From assembly GCA_964246585.1 (NCBI GenBank), contig CAXTRJ010000001.1:1-56176 (forward strand): a stretch of 56,176 nucleotides of DNA, given 5' to 3'. This document shows positions 38,521 through 48,664 of this stretch, one piece after another. Source of the DNA: an uncultured Sphingomonas sp. (GTDB lineage: Bacteria > Pseudomonadota > Alphaproteobacteria > Sphingomonadales > Sphingomonadaceae). Both the position numbers and the translations under genes were made by a program. Positions within the stretch are counted from its first letter, which is position 1. Each line of letters begins with the position of its first letter. The notes beneath the pieces were generated by a model. The model was not told the DNA's origin. It saw nothing but the letters and a program-made list of their open reading frames with translations, and made no database searches.

Positions 38521-39944
38521 CGCGACGCAATCACGACATCGCCGATCTGCGTCGGCAGGACGTGGCGCACCATCTGCCCGCGCAATCGAGTTATAGATTG
38601 CAGCGCGACATGGGTGGCAGCCGGGTGATCGTCCGCGCCGAGGGATCGACGATATGGGACGGTGACGGCAACGCGATCCTCGATGGGATGGCCGGCCTGT
38701 GGTGCGTCGCCGTCGGCTACGGGCGCGCGGAACTCGCCGAGGCGGCGTACGAGCAGATGCTGGAACTCCCCTTCTACAACACCTTCTTCCGCACCGCGTC
38801 GCCGCCGCCGATCGAATTGGCGACGAAGCTGGCCGGGCTGCTGGGCGGCGAGTTGCAGCACATCTTCTTCAACTCATCGGGTTCGGAATCGAACGACACC
38901 GTGTTCCGGCTCGTCCGCACCTACTGGGATCTGAAGGGCCAGAAGCAGCGCAAGACCTTTATCAGCCGCCGCAACGCCTATCACGGATCGACCGTGGCGA
39001 GCGCGAGCCTGGGCGGCATGAGCTATATGCACGCGCAGGGCGACCTGCCGATCCCGGGCGTCGAGCACGTCATGCAACCGTACCGGTTCGGCGAGGGGTT
39101 CGGCGAAGACCCGGACGTCTTCGCCGCGCGCGCGGCGCGGGACATCGAGGACCGCATCCTGCGCGTCGGCCCGGACAAGGTCGCGGCGTTCATCGGCGAG
39201 CCGGTGCAGGGCGCGGGCGGCGTGATCATCCCGCCGCCGGGTTACTGGCCGCGCGTCGAGGCGATCTGCCGCAAATACGGCATCCTGCTCGTGTCGGACG
39301 AGGTGATCTGCGGCTTCGGGCGGCTGGGCGAATGGTTCGGCTTCCAGAAGTTCGGTTTCACCCCCGATATCGTCAGCATGGCCAAGGGGTTGTCCTCGGG
39401 CTACCAGCCGATCTCGGCGACGGGCGTTTCGCGCGAGATCGTCGAGACGCTGCGATCGAGCGACGACGATTTCACCCACGGCTACACCTATTCCGGGCAC
39501 CCGGTCGCGGCCGCCGTGGCGCTGCGCAACATCGACATCATCGAGCGCGAACATCTGGTGGAGCGGGTGCGCGACGATATCGGGCCGTATTTCGGCGACG
39601 CGCTGACGCGGCTGGGCGGCCATCCCCTCGTCGGCGAGACGCGGTCGATGGGGCTGATCGGCGCGGTCGAACTCGTCTCCGAAAAGGGCACCAACAAGCG
39701 CTTCGGCGGCAAGGAGGGGCTGGCCGGGCCGATCGTGCGCGACGCGTGCGTCGCCGGCGGGCTGATGGTGCGGGCAGTCCGCGACAGCATCGTGATGTGC
39801 CCGCCCTTCATCATCACCCACGAGGAAGTGGACCGGATGATCGCGATCATCGGTCATGCGCTGGACAAGGCGGTAGAAAAGCTCGCGCATCTGGACGCAC
39901 CGCCGCCGCGCAAGGTGCTGGAGGGGGCCGAACCCGGGCTTTAG
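38517..39944 (+). CDS. Class III aminotransferase (SpuC-like putrescine-pyruvate aminotransferase)
   Basis: DGMAGLWC, LPFYNTFF, SGSESND, YHGST, EPVQGAGG, DEVICGFGR, AKGLSSGY. Confidence 0.9.
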   Translation: MTRRNHDIADLRRQDVAHHLPAQSSYRLQRDMGGSRVIVRAEGSTIWDGDGNAILDGMAGLWCVAVGYGRAELAEAAYEQMLELPFYNTFFRTASPPPIELATKLAGLLGGELQHIFFNSSGSESNDTVFRLVRTYWDLKGQKQRKTFISRRNAYHGSTVASASLGGMSYMHAQGDLPIPGVEHVMQPYRFGEGFGEDPDVFAARAARDIEDRILRVGPDKVAAFIGEPVQGAGGVIIPPPGYWPRVEAICRKYGILLVSDEVICGFGRLGEWFGFQKFGFTPDIVSMAKGLSSGYQPISATGVSREIVETLRSSDDDFTHGYTYSGHPVAAAVALRNIDIIEREHLVERVRDDIGPYFGDALTRLGGHPLVGETRSMGLIGAVELVSEKGTNKRFGGKEGLAGPIVRDACVAGGLMVRAVRDSIVMCPPFIITHEEVDRMIAIIGHALDKAVEKLAHLDAPPPRKVLEGAEPGL

Positions 39945-39995
39945 CGGGCGCGGTCCGCTCCCCTTCCCCCAAGCCTCCAGAGCCGAGAACCTGTC

Positions 39996-41351
39996 ATGGA
40001 AAAGATCTTCGCCGATTGGATTCGAGAACACGGAATCAGCGAGGTGGAATGCCTCGTTCCCGACATGAACGGGGTGATCCGCGGCAAGGTATGGCCGGCG
40101 CAAAAGTTCATCGCCTCGATCGCCAACGATTCGCTGCGCCTGCCTTCCAGCGTATTCTCCGTTACCGTCACCGGCCAATATGCCGACGAGCCGGGGGACG
40201 AGGAAGCGTTCCAGGATCGCGACGTCTCGCTGCATCCCGACCCGGCTACCCTGTGCGTCGCGCCCGGCTTCAAGACGCCCACCGCGTTCGTGTTCGCAGA
40301 CGCCTATCACAAGGGCGGCGGACCGTATGAGATCTCGCCGCGGTTCGTGCTGAAGAAGGTGCTGAAGCTGTACGAGGAGATGGGCTGGCGGATCATGGTC
40401 GCGCCGGAGCTGGAATTCTACCTGACGCAGGTCAACACCGATCCCGATTTCCCGCTGCTGCCGCCGACGGGCCGGTCGGGCCGGTCGGAAACATCGCCCC
40501 AGCCCTATGGTCTGGAAGCGGTGACCGAATATGAGGATCTGATCGAGGACATCTACGAATATGCCGAGACGGCGTCGCTCCAGCTCGACACGATGATCCA
40601 CGAGGCCGGGACCGCGCAGCTGGAGATCAACTTCAACCACGGCGATCCCATCTACCTGTGCGACCAGGTGACGCTGTTCAAGCGCATCGTCCGGCAGGTG
40701 GCATTGAAGCACAATGTCTACGCCACCTTCATGGCCAAGCCGATGGAGAACCAGCCCGGATCGGCGATGCACCAGCATATTTCCGCGGTGGATGCGAAAA
40801 CGGGGCGGAACCTGTTCGGCCAGGGCAAGGGCAAGGAGGGGTTGAGCAAGGAGTTCCGTCACTTCGTCGGCGGTCTGCAGACCCTGCTGCCCGAAGTCGC
40901 GCCGTTGTTCGCGCCCAACGTCAACAGTTTCCGCCGGATGCGCCCGACGCATTCGGCCCCGATCAACCTGCAATGGGGATATGATAACCGGTCGTGCGGG
41001 TTGCGCGTGCCGCTGACCGATCTCGCCAATACGCGCGTCGAGAACCGTGTGCCGGGGGCCGATTCCAATCCGTACCTGGCGATCGCCGCGTCGCTGGTGT
41101 GCGGCTATATCGGCGTGCGGGACGCCATCGAGCCCGGGGCGATGGTGGAAGGCAACGCCTATCGCCAGGCGCGCACGCTGCCGCATAACCTGGGCGAGGG
41201 GCTGAACCGGCTGGCGGAATGCCGGGAGGTGATCGAGATCCTCGGCGACGATTTCGTCCGCGCCTTCCACCGGATCAAGGCGGACGAGCTGGATGCGTAT
41301 GAAGGGGTGATCAGCTCGTGGGAGCGGGATCACCTGTTGCTGAAGGTCTGA
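39996..41351 (+). CDS. Second glutamine synthetase-like gamma-glutamylpolyamine synthetase (SpuB/SpuI-like)
   Basis: VECLVPDMNG..RGK, APELEFY, HEAGTAQLEIN, FMAKP..PGSAMH, DNRSCGLR, ISSWERDHLLL. Confidence 0.9.
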   Translation: MEKIFADWIREHGISEVECLVPDMNGVIRGKVWPAQKFIASIANDSLRLPSSVFSVTVTGQYADEPGDEEAFQDRDVSLHPDPATLCVAPGFKTPTAFVFADAYHKGGGPYEISPRFVLKKVLKLYEEMGWRIMVAPELEFYLTQVNTDPDFPLLPPTGRSGRSETSPQPYGLEAVTEYEDLIEDIYEYAETASLQLDTMIHEAGTAQLEINFNHGDPIYLCDQVTLFKRIVRQVALKHNVYATFMAKPMENQPGSAMHQHISAVDAKTGRNLFGQGKGKEGLSKEFRHFVGGLQTLLPEVAPLFAPNVNSFRRMRPTHSAPINLQWGYDNRSCGLRVPLTDLANTRVENRVPGADSNPYLAIAASLVCGYIGVRDAIEPGAMVEGNAYRQARTLPHNLGEGLNRLAECREVIEILGDDFVRAFHRIKADELDAYEGVISSWERDHLLLKV

Positions 41352-41423
41352 CGGGCCTTCCTTCGCGGCCCCCGCCCATCGTCATGGGACGGGGCAAACA
41401 TCGAAGACGAAAAGCAGGATGGC

Positions 41424-42737
41424 ATGGACGCGATTCCCAACGATCTCTCGGCCTTCTGGATGCCGTTCACCGACAATCGCGGGTACAAGGCGCAGCCGCG
41501 GATGTTCGCCCGCGCGCACGGCATGCATTACTGGACGCCGGAGGGGCGGCAGGTGCTCGATGGCACGGCGGGGCTGTGGTGCGTCAATGCCGGGCACACT
41601 CGCGAGCCGATCGTCGCGGCGATCCAGCAATCGGCGGCCGAGCTCGACTTCGCGCCGACCTTCCAGCTCGCGCACCCCAGCGCGTTCCGGCTGGCGACCA
41701 AACTGGCGGCCATCACGCCCGACGGGCTGGACCGGATCTTCTTCACCAATTCGGGCTCCGAGGCGGTGGACACCGCGCTCAAGATCGCGCTCGCCTATCA
41801 GCGGGCGATTGGACAGGGCGCGCGGACGCGGCTGATCGGGCGGGCGCGCGGCTATCACGGCGTCAATTTCGGTGGCATCTCGGTCGGTGGAATTGTCGGC
41901 AATCGGCGGCAGTTCATCTCGCTGCCCGGCGTCGATCATCTACCGCACACCTACAACCATGCCGAGCAAGCGTTCAGCCGCGGGCGGCCCGCCTGGGGCG
42001 GGCATCTGGCGGACGCGCTGGAAGACTTGGTCAACCTGCACGGCGCGGAGACGATCGCGGCGGTGATCGTCGAGCCGCTGGCGGGCTCCACCGGCGTGCT
42101 GCCACCGCCGGTCGGCTATCTCGAAAAGCTGCGGGCGATCACCGAGAAACACGGCATCCTCTTAATCTTCGACGAAGTGATCACCGGCTTCGGGCGGATG
42201 GGCGCGGCGTTCGGGGCGCAGGCGTTCGGCGTGACGCCCGACCTGATGTGCCTGGCCAAGGGCCTCACCAACGGCGCGGTGCCGATGGGCGCGGTCGCGG
42301 CGGCCAATTTCGTGCATGACGGCATCGTCGATAACGCCGCGCCGGGGATCGAGCTGTTCCACGGCTATACTTATTCGGGACACCCCCTCGCCTGCGCCGC
42401 GGCGCTGGCGACCCTGCGGGTGTATGAGGACGAGCAGCTATTCGCCGCCTCGGCGCGGCTGGCCCCTGTCTGGGCGGAAGCGATCCATTCGCTCGCCGAT
42501 ATCGGCGGGATCGTGGATATCCGGACCTGCGGTTTCGTCGCCGGGGTCGAGTTCGCCGCGCTGCCCGACGGCGTCGGCGCGAAGGGCAGGAAGGTGTTCC
42601 ACCGCGCGTTCGACGACGGGCTGCTGGTGCGCGCCTCGGGCGACACGATCGCGCTGTCGCCGCCGCTGATCGCCAGCGAGGCGCAGGTGGGCGAGATCGC
42701 CGACCGGCTGCGCGCGGCGATCGTCGCGGTTAGCTGA
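41424..42737 (+). CDS. Omega-amino acid (beta-alanine)-pyruvate aminotransferase
   Basis: FWMPFT, DGTAGLWC, NSGSEAVDTALK, YHGVNFGG, FDEVITGFGR, HGYTYSGHP. Confidence 0.9.
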   Translation: MDAIPNDLSAFWMPFTDNRGYKAQPRMFARAHGMHYWTPEGRQVLDGTAGLWCVNAGHTREPIVAAIQQSAAELDFAPTFQLAHPSAFRLATKLAAITPDGLDRIFFTNSGSEAVDTALKIALAYQRAIGQGARTRLIGRARGYHGVNFGGISVGGIVGNRRQFISLPGVDHLPHTYNHAEQAFSRGRPAWGGHLADALEDLVNLHGAETIAAVIVEPLAGSTGVLPPPVGYLEKLRAITEKHGILLIFDEVITGFGRMGAAFGAQAFGVTPDLMCLAKGLTNGAVPMGAVAAANFVHDGIVDNAAPGIELFHGYTYSGHPLACAAALATLRVYEDEQLFAASARLAPVWAEAIHSLADIGGIVDIRTCGFVAGVEFAALPDGVGAKGRKVFHRAFDDGLLVRASGDTIALSPPLIASEAQVGEIADRLRAAIVAVS

Positions 42738-42774
42738 CGAAGTCTTGATCGCGGCCGCTTGGCGGCTCCCAACG

Positions 42775-44073
42775 TCAGAAGCGGTCGCGCAGCGCGAGGA
42801 ACGACATTGCCGCGACGAGCGTGGGCCAGCGCATCAGCTTGCCTCCCGGAAAACGCGGCACCGGAAGTGCGGCAAGCTTGTGGAACGGCGCGTCGTCCCC
42901 GGCGATCGCTTCCGCGACGACCTTGCCGAAATAGGGCGCCAGGACCACGCCGAGCCCGGAATAGCCGGCGGTGGTGAACAGGCCGGGCTCGACCTCGCGG
43001 ACGAACGGCTGTCGGTTCGCGGTGATCGCCAGCGTCCCTCCCCAGGCATGCGTCAGCGGCACGTCGTGCAGTTGCGGGAAGACACGCGCGATGTGCTTGC
43101 GGACGACGGCGGCGATGTCCTGTGGGAAGCGGTACGAATAGCTTTCGCCACCGCCGAACAGCAGGCGATGATCGGGCGTGATGCGGAAATAATAGATGAC
43201 GAAGCGCGAGTCGGAGACCGCGTGGCCGCCGCGAACGATGGCGGCGGCGCGTTCGGGACCGAGCGGTTCGGTGACCGCGACGAAGTTGTTGATCGGCATC
43301 ACGCGCGCCTCGATCGGCGGCGACAGCCCGCGCAGGTATCCGTTCGCGGCGAGGATCACGCGATCGGCGGTGACGCTGCCGCGAGGGGTGTCGACGCGCC
43401 AGCGGTCGCCGATGCGGGTGACGGCGGTGGCGGGGGTGCGATCGTGGAGCGTGGCGCCCTCGGCGATGGCGCCGCGCGCGATGCCCAGCGCGAGGTTCAA
43501 CGCATGGAGGTGGCCGCCGCGTGCGTCCGCCATGCCGCCATGGTAGTTGCTCGAGCCGACCAGGGAGCGGACCTCCTCGCGACCGACGAAGCGGGCGTGC
43601 GGATAATCGTAGCGCTCGCGCAGATGGTCGACGTGCGCGCGGGTGTGCCGCACGTCGCGCGCGCGGTGATCGACATGGAGGTAGCCGGGCGTCAGGTCGC
43701 AGGTGATCGCGTAGCGGTCGATCAGCCAGTCGAGATGCGCGCGGCCGTCCAGCGCAAGGTTCCACAGGGCTCGGGCGTCGTCGACGCCCAGGCGCTTCTC
43801 GAGCCATTCGGGATCGCGGCGCATGCCGACATGGACCTGCCCGCCGTTGCGGCCCGAGGCGCCCCAGCCGAGCCGTTCGGCCTCGATCAGGACAGCGCGC
43901 TGGCCGAGACGCGCGAGGTGCAGCGCCGCCGACAGGCCGGAATAGCCGCCGCCGACGATGCAGATGTCGGCCTCGCGAGGCTCCTCCAGCGGGACGAGAG
44001 CGGGCGCGCCGATCGCGGTGGCGGCGTACCAGCTTGGCGAATAGCCGTCGGCGGACAGGCGTTCGTTGATCAC
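42775..44073 (-). CDS. puuB: FAD-dependent oxidoreductase (PuuB-like gamma-glutamylputrescine oxidase)
   Basis: SWYAAT, GGGYSGL, GASGRNGG, HLHALN, LLFGG, GYSG.G. Confidence 0.85.
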   Translation of the reverse strand: MINERLSADGYSPSWYAATAIGAPALVPLEEPREADICIVGGGYSGLSAALHLARLGQRAVLIEAERLGWGASGRNGGQVHVGMRRDPEWLEKRLGVDDARALWNLALDGRAHLDWLIDRYAITCDLTPGYLHVDHRARDVRHTRAHVDHLRERYDYPHARFVGREEVRSLVGSSNYHGGMADARGGHLHALNLALGIARGAIAEGATLHDRTPATAVTRIGDRWRVDTPRGSVTADRVILAANGYLRGLSPPIEARVMPINNFVAVTEPLGPERAAAIVRGGHAVSDSRFVIYYFRITPDHRLLFGGGESYSYRFPQDIAAVVRKHIARVFPQLHDVPLTHAWGGTLAITANRQPFVREVEPGLFTTAGYSGLGVVLAPYFGKVVAEAIAGDDAPFHKLAALPVPRFPGGKLMRWPTLVAAMSFLALRDRF

Positions 44074-44203
44074 AGGCTTCTCCCGCGCTCCTCGGGGCGC
44101 TAACCGCCTCGCGTTCGCAGCATAGCCTGCGATCTTAGATCAGAACATGGAGCCGACGGCGCCGCAATCTTCCTTGCCCTTTCGCGAGGGCACGCCGCGT
44201 AAT

Positions 44204-44866
44204 CTATTGCGCGTCGTAACTTGCGGCGATCAGGGACTGGCCGTCGGCGATGTCCGCCATGATCGCCGCGCGCAAGGCGTTCGGGTCGCCGCGCACGATG
44301 GCGTCGATCGCCTCGCGGTGCCTGTCGACCAGCTTGGCGGTGCCGACGCGGCCGTACACGACCCGCATCAGCGGGCCGAACTGCACCCACAACGTCTCGA
44401 TGATGCGGGTCAGCACGCCCTCCCCTTGCGCGCGATAGATCAGGAAATGGAAGGCGAAGTTGTTTTCCATGTACGAATTGACATCTCCGCTCTCCAGCGC
44501 GGCATTGATCGCCGCGTCCGCGGTCCGCAGCGCCTTCACCGCGCGCGCGTCGATCGCGTCGATCGCCAGCACCGCCGCCTCGGGCTCCAGCAACAGACGG
44601 CAGCGCATCAGCTCGGCCAGCCGTTCAGTGGTGGTGACCGGCACGATAATGCGCCGTTTCGACCGGATCTCGACCGCCCCTTCCGCGGCCAGGCGACCGA
44701 GCGCATCGCGCACCGGCATTTGGCTGACGCCGAGTTGCTGGGCGAGGCCGCGCGTGGAGATGCCGACGCCGGGTGCCAGACGCCCGGTGACCAGGCGTCG
44801 GCGCAGCTCGGCATAGACGCCTTCGCGCAGGGTCGCCTCGCCTTCGCCATCGCTATCCTTAATCAC
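44204..44866 (-). CDS. GntR-family (FCD) transcriptional regulator
   Basis: wHTH LREGVY..LAQQLGVSQMPVRDAL, FCD motif N..FH..IY; RBS GAGGAG before GTG 44866. Confidence 0.9.
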   Translation of the reverse strand: MIKDSDGEGEATLREGVYAELRRRLVTGRLAPGVGISTRGLAQQLGVSQMPVRDALGRLAAEGAVEIRSKRRIIVPVTTTERLAELMRCRLLLEPEAAVLAIDAIDARAVKALRTADAAINAALESGDVNSYMENNFAFHFLIYRAQGEGVLTRIIETLWVQFGPLMRVVYGRVGTAKLVDRHREAIDAIVRGDPNALRAAIMADIADGQSLIAASYDAQ

Positions 44867-45015
44867 GCCGACGGCTCCTCGACAGCGCTTTGCGCGTGAT
44901 CGAACGCTAGGCGGGCCGGCGCGATCGCCAAGCCGGCGGCGCGGGCGGCCGCGCCGTTGACGAGATCGCGCCGCGCGATCGCCTTCCCGGCACGGTCGTC
45001 CTGTTGATCGTCCAT
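44863..45015 (-). pseudogene. Collapsed remnant of a spermidine-dehydrogenase-like Tat flavoprotein
   Basis: MDDQQDDRAGKAIARRDLVNGAAA (Tat N-terminus) joined to AFDHAQSAVEE (resembles the family C-terminus); stop overlaps the GntR GTG. Confidence 0.5.
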
Positions 45016-45139
45016 CGGCCATCCATCAAGTTTGAACTGGAGTGCGAGGAAGGAGGGCGGCTCCGAAGCTGAACAAGCCGGAAGCGACACGCTATCTCCC
45101 GACGCACCAGCCGAACCTACGCTATAGTCGTCGTTTTCC

Positions 45140-46693
45140 CTACTCCCACTCGATCGTGCCCGGCGGCTTCGACGTATAATCGTACACCACCCGGTTGACC
45201 CCGCGCACCTCGTTGACGATCCGCGTCGACACCCGCGCCAGCAAGTCGCCGGGAAAGGCGAACGCCTCCGCCGTCATGCCGTCGGTCGACGTCACCGCCC
45301 TGAGCGCCAGCACCGACTCGTACGTCCGCGCGTCGCCCATGACGCCGACGGTGCGCACCGGCAGCAGCACCGCGAACGCCTGCCAGATCGCGTCGTACAG
45401 CCCGGCGGCGCGAATCTCCTCCAGGTAGATCGCGTCCGCCTTGCGCAGGATGTCGCACCGCTCCTTGGTGACCTCGCCCGGAATGCGGATCGCCAGCCCC
45501 GGCCCCGGGAACGGGTGCCGCCCGACGAACGCGTCCGGCAACCCCAGCTCGCGCCCCAGCACACGGACTTCGTCCTTGAACAGCTCGCGCAGCGGCTCGA
45601 CCAGCTTCATGTCCATCCGCGCCGGCAGCCCGCCGACATTGTGGTGGCTCTTGATTGTCACCGACGGACCGCCCGTCACGCTGACGCTCTCGATCACGTC
45701 GGGGTAGAGCGTCCCTTGCGCCAGGAACTCGGCCCCGCCGATCTTGCGCGCCTCCGCCTCGAACACGTCGATAAAGGTCGCGCCGATGAACTTGCGCTTG
45801 GTCTCCGGGTCGCTCACCCCCGCCAGCCCGTTCAGGAACAGCGTCTCGGCGTTCACGTGCACCAGCGGGATCTGGTACGCGCCGCGGAACAGCCCGATGA
45901 CCTGCTCGGCCTCCCCCGCCCTGAGCAGGCCGTGGTCGACGAACACGCACGTCAGCTGCTCGCCGATCGCCTCGTGGATCAGCACCGCCGCCACCGCCGA
46001 ATCGACCCCGCCCGACAAGCCGCAGATCACCCGCGCCCCGCCAACCTGCGCCCTAATTTCCGCCACCTTGGCGGCGCGGAACTCGGCCATCGTCCAGTCG
46101 CCCGCCAGCCCACAGACGTGCCGCGCGAAGTTCGCGATCAGCTTGCCGCCATCGGGCGTGTGCACCACCTCCGGGTGGAACTGCATGGCGTAGATGCGGC
46201 GCTCGTCGTCGGCGATGACGGCATAGGGCGCGCCCGCGCTCGCCGCGACCGACCGGAAACCCGGCGCGAGCGCGGCTACATGGTCGCCGTGGCTCATCCA
46301 CACCCGGTGCCGCTCGCCTTCGCGCCACACCGCGTTGAACAGCCGGCAGTCGTCGGCGACATCGACGAACGCCGACCCGAACTCCCCCGCCATCCCCCGC
46401 TCGACCGTCCCGCCCAGCTGCCGCGTCAACGCCTGCTGGCCGTAGCAGATGCCCAGCATCGGCTTGCCCGACTGGAGGATCGCCTCGGGAATGCGCGGGC
46501 TGTCCTCGTCGACCACCGACGCCGGCCCGCCCGACAGGATCACCCCCGCCGGCGCCATCCGCGCGAACGCCGCCGCGGCCGACTGGTAGGGCGCGATCTC
46601 GCTATAAACCCCCGCCTCGCGCACGCGTCGCGCGATGAGCTGGGTCACCTGGCTGCCGAAATCGACGATGAGGATGCTGTCGGGGGTTTGCAT
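45140..46693 (-). CDS. guaA: GMP synthase (glutamine-hydrolysing)
   Basis: [54 protein letters not shown]. Confidence 0.98.
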   Translation of the reverse strand: MQTPDSILIVDFGSQVTQLIARRVREAGVYSEIAPYQSAAAAFARMAPAGVILSGGPASVVDEDSPRIPEAILQSGKPMLGICYGQQALTRQLGGTVERGMAGEFGSAFVDVADDCRLFNAVWREGERHRVWMSHGDHVAALAPGFRSVAASAGAPYAVIADDERRIYAMQFHPEVVHTPDGGKLIANFARHVCGLAGDWTMAEFRAAKVAEIRAQVGGARVICGLSGGVDSAVAAVLIHEAIGEQLTCVFVDHGLLRAGEAEQVIGLFRGAYQIPLVHVNAETLFLNGLAGVSDPETKRKFIGATFIDVFEAEARKIGGAEFLAQGTLYPDVIESVSVTGGPSVTIKSHHNVGGLPARMDMKLVEPLRELFKDEVRVLGRELGLPDAFVGRHPFPGPGLAIRIPGEVTKERCDILRKADAIYLEEIRAAGLYDAIWQAFAVLLPVRTVGVMGDARTYESVLALRAVTSTDGMTAEAFAFPGDLLARVSTRIVNEVRGVNRVVYDYTSKPPGTIEWE

Positions 46694-46844
46694 GGCGCGG
46701 CCCTAGCTTCCCACAGCCGCGAGCGGAAGAGCGTCGGTCGCGGGAACGCGCCCGGCCGGCGTGGCGCAGCTACGACCGACGACGCGGCTCCGCCGCGGCA
46801 CCGATCCGGACACCTCCTTGGGAAGCGTCGCGGCTAAGCCAGTC

Positions 46845-46974
46845 GCAGGTCGGCCATGCCCCCGGCATGGCCTGCGGGATGCGGGGCATCCCGCGCCTGC
46901 AACTCGTCGGTCGTCGCCATGGCGACGCCGGCCGGGCCTCGGCGAGTCCTGAGCTAAGCGTCGCTTAGCTCAGG
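46845..46974. terminator. Cluster of hairpins downstream of rplQ / upstream of guaA
   Basis: Inverted repeats at 46852-46872, 46874-46894, 46912-46927 and 46948-46974 (13-bp arms overlapping the rplQ stop). Confidence 0.5.
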
Positions 46975-47392
46975 CCGCCTCGACGTAATCCTCATCGCTC
47001 AGGACCGGACCCGAATCCTGCCCCTTTGCCGCCGTGTCGCGGTCGACGAACTCGATGATCGCCATCGGCGACGCGTCCGACTGGCGGATGCCGGCCTTAA
47101 TCACACGGGTATAGCCGCCATTGCGGTCGGCGTAGCGCGTCGCCAGCACCTCGAACAGCTTGGCCAGCTGCGCCTCGTCGAGCAGCCGCGCATGCGCCAG
47201 CCGGCGATTGGACAACCCGCCCTTCTTCGCCAGCGTGATCAGCTTCTCGACATAGGGCCGCAGCTCCTTTGCCTTGGCGACCGTCGTGGTGATCTGCTCG
47301 TGCTTGATCAGCGCGGCCGACATGTTGCGGAACAGCGCGATGCGATGTGCCGAGGTACGTTGCAGCTTACGGCCGCCGACGCGATGACGCAT
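46970..47392 (-). CDS. rplQ: 50S ribosomal protein L17
   Basis: [35 protein letters not shown]. Confidence 0.98.
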   Translation of the reverse strand: MRHRVGGRKLQRTSAHRIALFRNMSAALIKHEQITTTVAKAKELRPYVEKLITLAKKGGLSNRRLAHARLLDEAQLAKLFEVLATRYADRNGGYTRVIKAGIRQSDASPMAIIEFVDRDTAAKGQDSGPVLSDEDYVEAA

Positions 47393-47512
47393 GATTCAAT
47401 CCTTCGTTCGTTAAGGAGCCGTATCAGGTACTCCAGAGCAGGCGGTGCTCAACGGGCCACCGCCCAAACCCTCGAAAGTAACTAAGGTGACCGAGAACGC
47501 ACAAATCGCGCG

Positions 47513-48583
47513 TTACCCCATGATCTCCTGTTCAAGCTTCTTGGCCATCTCCTCGATGTTCTCCGGCGGCCAGCCCGGGATCTCCATCCCCAGCCGCAGG
47601 CCCATCGACGACAGCACCTCCTTGATCTCGTTCAGCGACTTGCGCCCGAAGTTCGGCGTCCGCAGCATCTCCGCCTCGGTCTTGCCGACGAGATCGCCGA
47701 TATAGATGATGTTGTCGTTCTTCAGGCAGTTCGCCGACCGTACGCTGAGCTCCAGCTCGTCGACCTTCTTCAGCAGGTACCGGTTGATCTGCTGCGTGTC
47801 GCCGGTCATCTCACCGCCGCTCGACACCGGCGTCGCCGCCTGCCCGATCGGCGCCGTCGAGCGCGGCATCGACGAATCGTCGAACTGGACGAACAGCGCC
47901 AGCTGGTCCTGCAGGATGCGCCCCGCGTAACCCACCGCGTCGTCCGGCGTCACCGTGCCGTCGGTCTCGATCGTCAGCGTCAGCCGGTCATAGTCCAGGT
48001 CCTGCCCGACCCGCGTCGGGTCGACCTTGTACGACACCTGGCGCACCGGCGAATACAGCGCGTCGACCGGGATCAGCCCGATCGGCGCGTCGGCCGGCCG
48101 GTTGGCGGTCGCGGGGACATAGCCCTTCCCGACATCGGCGGTCAGCTCCATGTTGAGCGTCGCGCCCTCGTCCAGGTGACAGATGACCAGTTGCGGGTTC
48201 ATCACCTCGATGTCGCCCGACACCGCGATGTCGCCCGCCTTGACCTCGGCCGGGCCGGTCGCCGACAGCTGGAGCCGCTTGGGCCCCTCGCCCTGCATCC
48301 GGATCGCAATCTGCTTCACGTTGAGCACGATGTCGGTCACGTCCTCGCGGACCCCCGCCAGGCTGGAGAACTCGTGCAGCACGTTCTCGATCTTGATCGA
48401 CGTCACCGCCGCGCCCTGCAGCGACGACAGCAGAACCCGGCGCAGCGCGTTGCCGAGCGTCAGGCCGAAACCCCGCTCCAGCGGCTCGGCGATGAAGGTC
48501 GCCTTGCGCTTGCCATCGCCCGACTTTTTTTCGAGACCGTTGGGCTTCTTGAGTTCCTGCCAGTTCTTTGCGTTGACAGCCAC
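47513..48583 (-). CDS. rpoA: RNA polymerase alpha subunit
   Basis: [43 protein letters not shown]. Confidence 0.99.
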   Translation of the reverse strand: MAVNAKNWQELKKPNGLEKKSGDGKRKATFIAEPLERGFGLTLGNALRRVLLSSLQGAAVTSIKIENVLHEFSSLAGVREDVTDIVLNVKQIAIRMQGEGPKRLQLSATGPAEVKAGDIAVSGDIEVMNPQLVICHLDEGATLNMELTADVGKGYVPATANRPADAPIGLIPVDALYSPVRQVSYKVDPTRVGQDLDYDRLTLTIETDGTVTPDDAVGYAGRILQDQLALFVQFDDSSMPRSTAPIGQAATPVSSGGEMTGDTQQINRYLLKKVDELELSVRSANCLKNDNIIYIGDLVGKTEAEMLRTPNFGRKSLNEIKEVLSSMGLRLGMEIPGWPPENIEEMAKKLEQEIMG

Positions 48584-48664
48584 TTGATTCCCCTAGGTTG
48601 GGAGCCGGCGTAAAAGGCGCCGACCGGAAGGTGTCCGCCGCGGCACCGGGCCGCGGACGGCGGA

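Larger units (their letters stand above)
2741..45157. mobile_element. Putative guaA-integrated catabolic genomic island, degenerate, no integrase visible
   Basis: Flanking direct repeat of the guaA 3' end; content is accessory catabolic genes with many remnants; flanking genes are intact. Confidence 0.6.
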
